Below are positions 55,625 through 64,000 of a DNA stretch of 64,000 nucleotides, piece by piece. The DNA lies in assembly GCA_016937175.1 (NCBI GenBank), contig JAFGWL010000056.1, positions 166,845-230,844 on the forward strand. Reading direction: 5' to 3'. How positions within the stretch are numbered: position 1 is the first letter of the stretch; each line of letters opens with the position of its first letter. The position numbers were made by a program, and so were the translations under genes. The DNA is from Candidatus Mcinerneyibacteriota bacterium. GTDB lineage: Bacteria; Macinerneyibacteriota; Macinerneyibacteria; Macinerneyibacteriales; DSCS01. The notes beneath the pieces were generated by a model that was not told where the DNA came from, did not search any database, and saw nothing but the letters and a program-made list of their open reading frames with translations.

Positions 55625-56650
55625 ATGCGGACTTCACAGTTTCTTATCCTCGGCCTCTTCCTCATCTCGGGATGCCGCCCGGTTGAGGAAGCTCTTCAAA
55701 ATGACTTTACCACCATCTCCCTCCGCCTTCTCTTTTCAGGGACATGGAGGACCCCGGCCCGTCTTCTTCACCTGGCTTCCCTGAACGGGAAGGTTTATGG
55801 ACTGGATAAGACCGACGGGAGGCTCTTCGTTACCTATATTAACGGGAAAAAAATCCAGACCGAAACACTCTCCACTCTTCCGGTGGGATGCGAACCCGGG
55901 GAGATCTTCAACCCCGCAGCCTTTATCCCTCTCTCCTCCCGCTCTTTTCTTATCGCTGACCGTTACCGGAACCGTCTCCACCTGATTTCTGAAAAGGGCA
56001 AAAACCGGGAGACTCTTTTCCTGTCTTCCAGGGGGATTTATCCGTCGGGAAACCGTATCATGGCCCGGAAGGATGAACACCGGGGAGCTCTCCTCTTTAT
56101 CGATTCTTCAAGCAGGGGGGAGATCCTTCTCATCAGGACGCAGCCTTTCGGGGTGGAGTCTTTCACGGGAGAAAAACAATCTCTTCGTTCTTCTTGCAAG
56201 AAAAAACCTTCGTTCTCCCTTTTTTCAGGAGATCTGATCTATACGACACAGGGATTCTTCAGGCTGACATATTCTCCCTCTCTCTATCGAGTCGGGAGTT
56301 CGGGAGTCTTCTATCACAATGAACCCTTTACTGCCCTCAGGGACGTCGGTTACTCTTTTTCTTTAAACCCTAAAGGCCGTTTTTCAGGCACTTCTTTCCT
56401 TAAGGCGTTTCTTTGCAGGGTTGAAATGGTGGCGCTCCGTGATGAAGTTCTTCTTCTCTTCTATGATGATCATCGGCAGCGAATCCTGGCCCTCTCCCCT
56501 GATACCCGCGTTAAAGCGGTTATCCCCTGGCCGAAAGAGATTCCCTGGAAAAAACCGCACCTGATCCCGGCCGGGGAGAGGCAGTTTCTTCTTTACGGTG
56601 ATGATAAACGCTTTTTTCTTTTTGAGACAGAGACGGCCCTTTTCCGGTGA
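55625..56650 (+). CDS. hypothetical lipoprotein
   Basis: ORF 55577-56650; ATG at 55625 after AAGGAGGAG. Signal peptide with lipobox LISGC; no motif recognised. Confidence 0.5.
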   Translation: MRTSQFLILGLFLISGCRPVEEALQNDFTTISLRLLFSGTWRTPARLLHLASLNGKVYGLDKTDGRLFVTYINGKKIQTETLSTLPVGCEPGEIFNPAAFIPLSSRSFLIADRYRNRLHLISEKGKNRETLFLSSRGIYPSGNRIMARKDEHRGALLFIDSSSRGEILLIRTQPFGVESFTGEKQSLRSSCKKKPSFSLFSGDLIYTTQGFFRLTYSPSLYRVGSSGVFYHNEPFTALRDVGYSFSLNPKGRFSGTSFLKAFLCRVEMVALRDEVLLLFYDDHRQRILALSPDTRVKAVIPWPKEIPWKKPHLIPAGERQFLLYGDDKRFFLFETETALFR

Positions 56651-56664
56651 AAAGGGCCGCATTT

Positions 56665-57396
56665 CTACTTTTTGATAAATCGGGGCTCTTTTTGAAATGA
56701 GATGATACGGGCCTTCCAGAGAAGGTAAAGAAGAAGAGTCATGACTCCTGCCAGGAGAACAGCAAGCAGGATCCAAACTCCCCTTTGCACTTTTGTATAA
56801 GTCAATTCAAGCGTGTTTTCCGAGAAGGGATCCAATTTCCATGTGTAGAGCCCCTCCTCTTCATCCACTTGCGAAGCATTGTGAGAAAGGACCTTGAAGG
56901 GAAGCCGGATGGTATAAGTATAATCCATATTTTTTGTAAAATTTTCAGGAAGAAAACCTTCGGCCTGATCATTGGTCACCAATTCATCCCCGACAGAGGA
57001 GAAATCTGTCTTTATCGAAAGGGCGATTGTGGACTTGAAGAGACCTTTTTCCGTCACTACGTCGAGAGAGGCTCCCAGCCGCCCTTTATTCTTTTCCAGT
57101 GAGGATCTCAATGATTCCAGTGATGAATATTCCTGACGGGCTGTAAAACCCTGAACCCCCTCTTTTTCATAATCTGTCACCTTGAATCCTTCTTCTGCAA
57201 GCTTCTTTTTTATCGTCCCGAAAGGATCTTCTTCATTGCTTCGGGCTGCTTCATAGACGACCTGCATCAGGCCGAAAGAATACTCATACGAGACCTTTCC
57301 GTTCCGTTCCAGTGTCAGCACGGAATGGGACTCTGAACAGGCGGACAGGATCAGAAGAATAAGAAACAGAAGAGTTGAAAGGGCGCCTCTCTTCAT
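56665..57396 (-). CDS. hypothetical lipoprotein with C-terminal TM anchor
   Basis: ORF 56665-57426; likely start MKRGALSTLLFLILLILSAC at 57396 after GGAGG. C-terminal hydrophobic helix VWILLAVLLAGVMTLLLYLLW. Confidence 0.5.
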   Translation of the reverse strand: MKRGALSTLLFLILLILSACSESHSVLTLERNGKVSYEYSFGLMQVVYEAARSNEEDPFGTIKKKLAEEGFKVTDYEKEGVQGFTARQEYSSLESLRSSLEKNKGRLGASLDVVTEKGLFKSTIALSIKTDFSSVGDELVTNDQAEGFLPENFTKNMDYTYTIRLPFKVLSHNASQVDEEEGLYTWKLDPFSENTLELTYTKVQRGVWILLAVLLAGVMTLLLYLLWKARIISFQKEPRFIKK

Positions 57397-57427
57397 CTTC
57401 ACAACCTCCTTGATTTCGTTGTCCATA

Positions 57428-57455
57428 AGGATAGCTTTTCTACGCCGTTTTTCAA
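57428..57455 (-). promoter_or_regulatory. sigma70-like promoter for the 56665-57396 lipoprotein gene
   Basis: Minus strand: AAATAAC-TTGAAA-N16-TATCCT, the same architecture and 15-nt core (AAATAACTTGAAAAA) as the promoter at 18233-18260. Confidence 0.45.
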
Positions 57456-57488
57456 GTTATTTATTTGGAAAATATTTTTACAAACACC

Positions 57489-57534
57489 TTGACAAAAAAA
57501 AAGAAGATGGTATATTTACTTTGTAACACAAAGT
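57489..57534 (+). promoter_or_regulatory. sigma70 promoter with operator palindrome for the membrane-protein/wHTH-regulator pair
   Basis: TTGACA (57489-57494), 16-nt spacer, TATATT (57511-57516). Immediately followed by perfect inverted repeat ACTTTGT-aac-ACAAAGT (57518-57534); a second TTGTAAC lies 17 nt downstream. Confidence 0.6.
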
Positions 57535-57558
57535 TATTTGTAACCAAAGGAGGTTTGT

Positions 57559-58158
57559 ATGAATTCGCACAAGGCCTATGAAGATGTCCAGCTGATCAAA
57601 GAGATGTTGTCTAAAACAAAGAAAAATGTCATGGGGAGTGGAAAATATTTTGCTCTGTGGGGGTATATTATACTTGTCGCGGCATTAAGCTCCGATTACA
57701 TCGCCAGTTCCCTGGGAAAACCCTGGGTTTTTAGTGTGATATGGCTCGGAGCTATGGGGATCGGATCACTCATTACATTCATTTTTATATCAACCGATAA
57801 AAAAAGAACTCGCGTTAAGACTTTCTTTGATCGTGTGGGGGGATACATGGGAGGAGGGTTCGGAATTGCTTTTCTGCTATCCGGAATTATCTATCCTGCT
57901 CTCGGTGTCTATCCTTATTCCACTATCCCTATCGTCACAGGGATGATAGCCGGCACATTTCTTTTTATTACAGCCTGTCTCTACCAATGGAAATTTCTTT
58001 TCGGGGCAGCTTTTATCTGGTGGGCTTCTACGATAGCAGCATCTCTTCTTCCGTATAACCAAAGGGGTTGGGCCATCGTCTTCGCTTTAATCTTCGGCTA
58101 CATCGTCCCCGGGCATATGCTTCATTACAAAGAGAGGAAAGGCCAAAGGGATGAATAA
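57559..58158 (+). CDS. hypothetical polytopic membrane protein (5 predicted TM helices)
   Basis: 199 aa, AT-richer codon usage than neighbours; stop overlaps the start of the downstream regulator (ATGAATAA). Confidence 0.55.
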   Translation: MNSHKAYEDVQLIKEMLSKTKKNVMGSGKYFALWGYIILVAALSSDYIASSLGKPWVFSVIWLGAMGIGSLITFIFISTDKKRTRVKTFFDRVGGYMGGGFGIAFLLSGIIYPALGVYPYSTIPIVTGMIAGTFLFITACLYQWKFLFGAAFIWWASTIAASLLPYNQRGWAIVFALIFGYIVPGHMLHYKERKGQRDE

Positions 58159-58456
58159 AGAGTCGGTCCAACTTGATCCCCTGATCCACGCCCCGGTAAG
58201 GCTGGCTATCCTCTCTTTGCTGATGACAGTGGAAGAGGCCGACTTCACTTACCTGAAAGAGCATACGGGAACGACAGAAGGCAACCTGAGTACACACCTG
58301 ACCCGGCTGGAAGAGGGCGGCCTCATTTCCGTCACAAAGACTTTTCATAAAAAGAGGCCGAAAACGATATGCGCCATCAGTCCCGAAGGGAGAAAACGTT
58401 TTCATCATTATCTCTCCTGTCTGGAAGCGATCCTCACGCCGGAAAAAACAGAGTGA
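58151..58456 (+). CDS. winged-helix transcriptional regulator (HTH_34 / PadR-ArsR-like)
   Basis: 101 aa with LDPLIHAPVRLAILSLL...FTYLKEHTGTTEGNLSTHLTRLEEGGLISVTK, matching the small winged-helix pattern. Confidence 0.65.
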   Translation: MNKESVQLDPLIHAPVRLAILSLLMTVEEADFTYLKEHTGTTEGNLSTHLTRLEEGGLISVTKTFHKKRPKTICAISPEGRKRFHHYLSCLEAILTPEKTE

Positions 58457-58487
58457 CGAAGCCGGCTTCAGAGCCGGCTTCTCTCAC

Positions 58488-59543
58488 TTATTGAAATGCG
58501 CATACGACTATTTCAGAAAGGTTGCGGCTCTCCTCTTCCAGTTGAGACTCCTGATAGATCAGGGTATCGTCGGAAGCACAATATAATAAAACAGGGCTGG
58601 TCACTCCGGGACGGAAACGGTGCCGGGCTGTAGCCACGAGTTCTCCCCGGCTGTTATAGCTGAGAAGAACAGCCTTATCCCTGGCTTCAGCAGAGCCGAT
58701 GAGGATCCAGTAAGCATTCTGACGGGTGAAAAATGCCACTGTCCCACGGGGAGAAAAGCGGAGCGAAAGCTCATTCTCTTCGTCTCCCTGACGGCTTTCG
58801 CCCTCGAACCACTTTCCCTTGAACTCGGGGTAATCCACCTCCCGCTCAACAAGGAGCTCCTCCTTCTCCCATCGGGTAAAGAGCAGCCTTTTCCCCAGAA
58901 ATCCGAAAAGCAGGACCCCGTCTTGAGAGACAAGGGGAATAAAGATGGAACGGGCCGCATAATCCATGAGTTCCTGTTTGTTCATCGATGAAAAATCAGG
59001 ATTCCCAGCCGGAACAAAATGGCCCAGGAGCTTCCCCTTTTTATCGTAAACATGAAGAAAAGCGGGGCCTTCAATGATGCTGCAGTAAATATATCCGTCA
59101 TTGCCCAAAGCACCTGCGATGATGCTGCCCTCCCCCAGGGTGAATTCATCCATAAACCGGATCTTTCCTTCGGGAGAGACTTCAAATGTCATGATCTTGT
59201 TGACTCCACGGTCTCCCAGATAGACTCTGTTCTCCTCACAACCGATATAGAAAATATCTCCGGGCCCGAATTCTCCGGGGCCTTTTCCTTTCCTGTCATA
59301 CCGGTCTCTGATAAGTCCCTCGCCGGTGAAGGTCACAAGTGCATAGCGGTGGTTCCGGGAATCCAGCGCCACATAAAAGCTTCCGATCTTATCGATACTC
59401 TCTATTTCCATATCATGAGATAAGGAGATTCGATTGACTTCTTTGATACTAATTGACGGTAATGATTCGATATCTGTCACAGAAGATCCCCGGCAAGCGC
59501 TGAATATCACAAGAACTATTCCCAGGTAGAGATAAAATTTCAT
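58488..59543 (-). CDS. lipoprotein with predicted 6-bladed beta-propeller (NHL-like) fold
   Basis: 351 aa with lipobox IFSACRGS and repeated propeller-like segments. Confidence 0.5.
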   Translation of the reverse strand: MKFYLYLGIVLVIFSACRGSSVTDIESLPSISIKEVNRISLSHDMEIESIDKIGSFYVALDSRNHRYALVTFTGEGLIRDRYDRKGKGPGEFGPGDIFYIGCEENRVYLGDRGVNKIMTFEVSPEGKIRFMDEFTLGEGSIIAGALGNDGYIYCSIIEGPAFLHVYDKKGKLLGHFVPAGNPDFSSMNKQELMDYAARSIFIPLVSQDGVLLFGFLGKRLLFTRWEKEELLVEREVDYPEFKGKWFEGESRQGDEENELSLRFSPRGTVAFFTRQNAYWILIGSAEARDKAVLLSYNSRGELVATARHRFRPGVTSPVLLYCASDDTLIYQESQLEEESRNLSEIVVCAFQ

Positions 59544-59611
59544 ATGTCCTCCCTTTTTCCATGGGACAAAAAAATAACTGGGGATGTTTCAGTGATTAAT
59601 GCGAACGGGAT

Positions 59612-62600
59612 TCAGGAATCAAGAGCCTCTTTGAGGGCCCGTCCCAGCTCCTGCCTTCGGTAGGGTTTCTGGATAAACCCCCTGGCTCCTTTTTCCATGA
59701 GCTCGTGAAATCCCCGGTCATGGCTAAACCCTGATGAAAAGACGACTTTGATATGAGGGTCCAGTTTCAGAAGTTCCTCAAAGACTTCACGGCCGTTCAT
59801 TTTTGGCATCACCATATCCAGAAGGATCACATCGATCTCTTCACGTTTCTCACGGTAAGCCTGAAGCCCTTCATCCCCGTCTGAAGCCTCAAAGACACGG
59901 TATCCCAGGCCGGACAGGACCTCTGAAGCGATCGCCCGTACCACATGGTCATCTTCGATGATGAGGACAGTCTTGTCTTGAACAGTGAGATCCCCATGTT
60001 CGCGAGAGGATTTTCTGATCGGCGTACTTTCTGCCGGCAGATAAATCCTGAATAAACTTCCAGCGCCGGGGGTGCTTTCGCACATCACCATGCCGTTGTG
60101 ATCTTTGACAGACCCGTAGACGGCAGCCAGCCCCAATCCTGTCCCCTTCCCCACACCCTTCGTCGTAAAGAAGGGTTCAAAGATATGCTCCTGGATCTCC
60201 GGGGCCATTCCCTCTCCGTTGTCCCTGACTTCCACACAGACAAAGGGCCCGGGTTTGAGGTCAAAGGAACTCTCACGGCAAAAAGATTCATCCAGATAAC
60301 AATCCTTTGTCGTGAATGAGACGATCCCCCCTTCCGGCAGGGCATCCCGTGCATTGATTCCGAGGTTTAAAAATGCGTTCTGAAGCTGGGCAGGATCTCC
60401 GATCACTGTGGAAAGGTTCGCTTTGAAATCCATTTTAATCTCAATGCGCCTGTCCAGGCTTCGCTCCAGGATCTGGATCGCGTCTTTAAGGATCAGGTGA
60501 ATATTCACAGGAGTCGATTCGACCTTCCCTTTTCGTGAAAAATCAAGAAGTTTTTGTGTCAGGGCTGAGGCTCGACGGGCTGTATCGACGATCATATTGA
60601 GATTTCTTTTGAGATCCCGGTCCTTTCCCACTTTCATAACCAGAAGATCGGCCGATCCCATGATACCGGCCAACATATTGTTGAAATCGTGGGCGATCCC
60701 GCCGGCCAGCAGGCCTATGGAATCAAGCTTCTGAGACTGACGGAGCTGCTGTTCCAATACATATTGCTCTGTCATGTCGCGGAAGACGACGACTGTCCCG
60801 GTGACCACCCCTTTTTCGTCCCGGATGGGAGCGATACTGAGGGAGACCCTTCTTTCCTTCCCGTCAGGAGTCCTCAGAAGAGAGGCGGAGGGCAGCCTTA
60901 TTTTCTGCCTGCGGTCAGCCTCATCCGGAGCCAAAAGTGAGCCGTCTAACTCCTCATTCATAAATCGCAACACTGCCCGGGCCGGCTTCCCTCTCGCTTC
61001 ATCCGCGGAAAGGCCCAGAATCTTCTCCCCCACAGGGTTCATCTCCTGGATATTGCCCTGTGTGTCCAGGGCTATGACCGCATCCCCGATGGAGTTGAGG
61101 ATAGTCCTGAGATCGGCTTCTCTCCGGCGTAAGGCTTCCTCGGTGGCCTTACGTCGTGTGATATCCCGTGCAATGGAGAGAATGGCCTGCTCCCCCCGAA
61201 AGTTGATAAGCCGGGCGTTGACCTCTGTGGGGACCGGCCGCCCCTCTTTAGTGATATGCTCGGTCTCAAAGATCAGATGCCCTTCCTTTATCAGGTCCTC
61301 GATCCGTTCAGAGACTCGTTCCGCATAGGCGGGCGCGTCAAACTGGGCGGGGCCCATAGCAAGCATCTCTTCACGGCTGTAGCCCATGCGCTCACAGAAG
61401 GCGTCGTTGACCTGCAGTGTCTTTCCGGCGGGAGTATGAATCAGCATGCCATCGGCAGCTGAATGGAAAAAGAGACGGAATTGCTCTTCACTCTCCCGGA
61501 GCGTCTCTTCCATCTTTTGCTTTTCGGTGATGTCCGTTCCCGAACTGAGAATCCCTTTCTTCTCTCCTTTCTCATCATACAAGGGCGCATTCCGCCAGGC
61601 TATATAACGTAGTTTCCCCGTCCCTGTGAGAATAAAGTTTTCATGATACCGTACATCTTTGTTCTTATCAGCCATTAAATCATGGAAAAGGGACCTGGTC
61701 TCTCCCTTGTAGGCCCCAGGAACAAACTCATCTATCCACACTTTACCCAGGATCTCCTCTTCGCTTCTCTCAAGGACCCGGCATCCCTTGGGGTTGACCA
61801 TGACGACCCGGCCCTCCCGGTCCAGGGCCAGCATCATCACATCGGCCACATCGAGATAGGCCTGTGCCTTATCCCTCTCCTCATTTATCTTCTCTTCGGC
61901 CAGTTTGAAATCGGTCACATCGATGACAGAGATCAACCCCGCCTTTTTCCCTTTATAGACACAGGTCGTCCCGGCCAGGCGGACCCATCGCTCGGTCCCG
62001 TCTTTTCGGATGATCTTGAATTCATACCCTGTAGGCGCATCCTCCCCCTGCTGACGTTTCCGTCCCCGTCCCTGGACCAATTCCTTAAAATCGGGGTGGA
62101 CTATACTCCAGAAATTCATCCGTTGTAGTTCGTCCCTTGAATAACCGGTGATCTTTTCCGAGACCGGATTCACATAGACCCATTTATCTTCCTGGTAGAG
62201 CATCACGGCTACCGGTGTGGAGACAGCCAGAGTCCTGAAGAGCTCCTCGCTCTCTTCAAGGGCTTCCCGTACGGCATACTCTTCTGTCACATCCCGAAAC
62301 ACCAACACCACGCCGATGACTTCGCCTTTCTGGTCCTTGACCGGCGCGGCACTGTCAGCGATCTGGTAGCGGGAGCCGTCTTTGGCGATGAGAATCGTGT
62401 GATTCGCCAGCCCCACGATTATCCCGTTTCTCAGAACATCCTCGACCGGATTATTTGCTCTTTCCCCTGTCCGTGCGTTGATGATCTGGAAGACTTCTTC
62501 AAGGGGTTTCCCAGCAGCCTCATCAGCTGCCCAGCCGGTGAGCTTTTCAGCTACCCGGTTCATCTCGATGACCCGCCCCTCGATATCGGTTCCGATCACA

Positions 62601-63868
62601 GCATCACCGATGGACTGCAGGATGGCCAGGCGCGTCTTTTCAGATTTGTATTGTCTGTTTTCTTCCCGAAGCCGGATAAACCGTAAAAAAAGAAGAAGAA
62701 GGCCCGTTACAAGAAGGCCGCTTGCAAAAACAAGCCAAGGTATATACAGAGGGCTTTCTTTAAAAAACATCCGGTCAGCAGCCAGACGGACATTCCATTC
62801 GTTTTCACCCGCCCTGATGGAATCTTCCCTGACAAAGGGCTCCCTAGCCTTTGCCGGACAGCGGGAAAAGACTGTTTTGGAACCGGTGAGCCCGTAAGGG
62901 TCACGGACTTCGATTCCTATATAAAACTGTTCCTTTGGGCTTATAATCTCCGTAATCACCTGATCCATAAGGATGACTCCCTCAAGAAAGCCCTGAAGCT
63001 CTTTTGTATTTACCGCCTTATAGACAGGGAGAATAAAAGAGACAACGGCGTGTTCTTTCAGCTCTCCGGGGTGGAACGTGGAATCCACCAGCGTTATGCT
63101 GCCCCGGGCCAGGGCCCGCTCATAGACCATCCTTCGATATGGGAACTCCTCGGTTTTCAGTCCAGTAACCCCTTCGTGTCCTTGTTTGGGTTCAATAAAG
63201 AAAACCGGGTAATAGACCGACTCCTTTTGAATAACCTTGGCCGGGGTCAAGTCTTTTTCTTTCAAAACAAAGTCAAACCCCTCCTGCAGGGCTTTTTGTC
63301 TCAGAGAAGGAAGCTCTTGTCCTCGCACCGCTGCGATCCAGACGATCGAATGAATGTCCGGGTTCTTACTCAGAAGATGGGAGGAAAAGTTTGTAAACTC
63401 CCGATAAGAGATTTGTTCACTGTTTTCAAAAAAATTCTTCACCCCGGCCAGGCCGTTCCACAACTCGCTGACCTTGGCCTGAAGGGAGACTTCGAGGAGG
63501 TCGGCTCTCCTGTCAAAGATTTTTTTCAACCCTTTCAACTCACTCTGATAGGTCATCCAGAAGAGGACGATAAAAAAGACATAGCCGGTGAGGGCGATAC
63601 TGATAAGATGGTTTCTGCCGTCGGAGCCCTGGAGTCCTGCTTCTTCCTCTGTGCGTCTTCTCCCCTTAATCCACTTGATCAGGATAAAAGTATTTGCAGA
63701 AATGATAATTAAGATAAAAAGAATGAAGATGAGATCAGCTCTCCACAAACAGGTCAGAGGCCCCAAGCCATTCAGCCGTAAAACGATGTACAGAGTGCTG
63801 AGCAGCGTAAGAGCCAGGCTCAGCCCTAATACAGGGTGCTGACTTTTTCCACGCAAATGGTTGGACAA
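59612..63868 (-). CDS. multi-PAS hybrid sensor histidine kinase with extracytoplasmic sensor domain
   Basis: 1418 aa. Two TM helices flank a ~330-aa periplasmic domain. At least four PAS/PAC modules, HisKA H-box [10 protein letters not shown], HATPase N/G boxes ([16 protein letters not shown]) and a C-terminal receiver (VLIIEDD...VILLDMVMP). Confidence 0.85.
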   Translation of the reverse strand: MSNHLRGKSQHPVLGLSLALTLLSTLYIVLRLNGLGPLTCLWRADLIFILFILIIISANTFILIKWIKGRRRTEEEAGLQGSDGRNHLISIALTGYVFFIVLFWMTYQSELKGLKKIFDRRADLLEVSLQAKVSELWNGLAGVKNFFENSEQISYREFTNFSSHLLSKNPDIHSIVWIAAVRGQELPSLRQKALQEGFDFVLKEKDLTPAKVIQKESVYYPVFFIEPKQGHEGVTGLKTEEFPYRRMVYERALARGSITLVDSTFHPGELKEHAVVSFILPVYKAVNTKELQGFLEGVILMDQVITEIISPKEQFYIGIEVRDPYGLTGSKTVFSRCPAKAREPFVREDSIRAGENEWNVRLAADRMFFKESPLYIPWLVFASGLLVTGLLLLFLRFIRLREENRQYKSEKTRLAILQSIGDAVIGTDIEGRVIEMNRVAEKLTGWAADEAAGKPLEEVFQIINARTGERANNPVEDVLRNGIIVGLANHTILIAKDGSRYQIADSAAPVKDQKGEVIGVVLVFRDVTEEYAVREALEESEELFRTLAVSTPVAVMLYQEDKWVYVNPVSEKITGYSRDELQRMNFWSIVHPDFKELVQGRGRKRQQGEDAPTGYEFKIIRKDGTERWVRLAGTTCVYKGKKAGLISVIDVTDFKLAEEKINEERDKAQAYLDVADVMMLALDREGRVVMVNPKGCRVLERSEEEILGKVWIDEFVPGAYKGETRSLFHDLMADKNKDVRYHENFILTGTGKLRYIAWRNAPLYDEKGEKKGILSSGTDITEKQKMEETLRESEEQFRLFFHSAADGMLIHTPAGKTLQVNDAFCERMGYSREEMLAMGPAQFDAPAYAERVSERIEDLIKEGHLIFETEHITKEGRPVPTEVNARLINFRGEQAILSIARDITRRKATEEALRRREADLRTILNSIGDAVIALDTQGNIQEMNPVGEKILGLSADEARGKPARAVLRFMNEELDGSLLAPDEADRRQKIRLPSASLLRTPDGKERRVSLSIAPIRDEKGVVTGTVVVFRDMTEQYVLEQQLRQSQKLDSIGLLAGGIAHDFNNMLAGIMGSADLLVMKVGKDRDLKRNLNMIVDTARRASALTQKLLDFSRKGKVESTPVNIHLILKDAIQILERSLDRRIEIKMDFKANLSTVIGDPAQLQNAFLNLGINARDALPEGGIVSFTTKDCYLDESFCRESSFDLKPGPFVCVEVRDNGEGMAPEIQEHIFEPFFTTKGVGKGTGLGLAAVYGSVKDHNGMVMCESTPGAGSLFRIYLPAESTPIRKSSREHGDLTVQDKTVLIIEDDHVVRAIASEVLSGLGYRVFEASDGDEGLQAYREKREEIDVILLDMVMPKMNGREVFEELLKLDPHIKVVFSSGFSHDRGFHELMEKGARGFIQKPYRRQELGRALKEALDS

Positions 63869-64000
63869 CCGTCACCTCACTTTCATACAGTGAATCATTG
63901 TATTATACCAGTTCCCTTGCAGTTTTGTCAAATTATCTTCTCTCAGGCCGGTAGGGGCCCCTCTCTCAAAGTTTTCGGTTCCAATGGGTGTCTTCCACGT

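Noticed and set aside
57448-57462. 15-nt repeat (also at 18253-18267) considered as a possible mobile-element terminal repeat or REP-like element
   Set aside because: Only two copies, in the same orientation and at promoter positions. There are no flanking direct repeats and no transposase, so promoter similarity is the simpler explanation.
1-64000. Search for tRNA/rRNA genes, CRISPR arrays, integrases or transposases
   Set aside because: No intergenic region over 220 nt. No cloverleaf-compatible sequences, no regularly spaced direct repeats and no recombinase-like ORFs were seen.

Overview
The window is a dense, mostly chromosomal stretch of a bacterial genome: about 60 protein-coding genes, coding density roughly 90%. 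I found no rRNA, tRNA, CRISPR array, IS element or integrase. Lineage is not assignable from sequence alone; the many lipoproteins, TPR giants, PAS hybrid kinases and a TroA/ZnuA-type transporter are compatible with a spirochaete-like or deltaproteobacteria-like organism, which is a guess.

Genes sit in long co-directional blocks with frequent 4-40 nt start/stop overlaps, i.e. polycistronic organisation.

- Minus-strand block, about 18.2 kb down to 1.9 kb: TPR protein, prfB, mntP, secreted propeller, tsaE, tsaB, rimI, small protein, membrane protein, AMMECR1, a 737-aa Zn-knuckle protein, a GAF-PP2C/RsbW-like/STAS partner-switching triad, acyl-CoA ligase and mfd. gltX is truncated at the window start.
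- Minus-strand block, 28.3 kb down to 19.1 kb: N-extended folP, a 48-codon peptide, a NapH-like 4Fe-4S membrane protein, an 1140-aa TPR protein, an SNF2 helicase and a MEMO-family protein.
- Sugar phosphorylase (GH13_18), sfsA, aldo-keto reductase and a SurA-like PPIase lipoprotein.
- zur-znuACB with a consensus sigma70 promoter and a Fur/Zur-type palindrome at the transcription start.
- Plus-strand operon: CN hydrolase, GAF-HD-GYP, site-2 protease, hypothetical, Slt-type lytic transglycosylase and PatB/MalY aminotransferase.
- DUF47-PiT, trmB and ppnP.
- A redox/housekeeping stretch: nitroreductases, glutaminase, GNAT, photolyase, PD40 propeller, C_GCAxxG_C_C protein, CPBP protease and a Ca/Na antiporter.
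- An AT-richer accessory tail of lipoproteins, a membrane-protein plus HTH_34-like regulator pair with a perfect operator palindrome, and a 1418-aa multi-PAS hybrid histidine kinase.

Most worth a second look:
1. The 737-aa protein with MetRS-like CPxC knuckles but no HIGH or KMSKS motif. It may be a pseudo-synthetase and is translationally coupled to the partner-switching triad and to AMMECR1.
2. AMMECR1 and MEMO ('AmmeMemoRadiSam' proteins A and B) are separated by 7.5 kb and embedded in different operons, with no radical-SAM partner in the window.
3. The folP-to-MEMO operon is unusual in containing a NapH-like ferredoxin, a giant TPR protein and an SNF2 helicase with a 480-aa unknown N-terminal domain.
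4. The membrane protein/wHTH pair has the operator ACTTTGTAACACAAAGT.

All calls rest on motif recognition by eye; no database search was possible.
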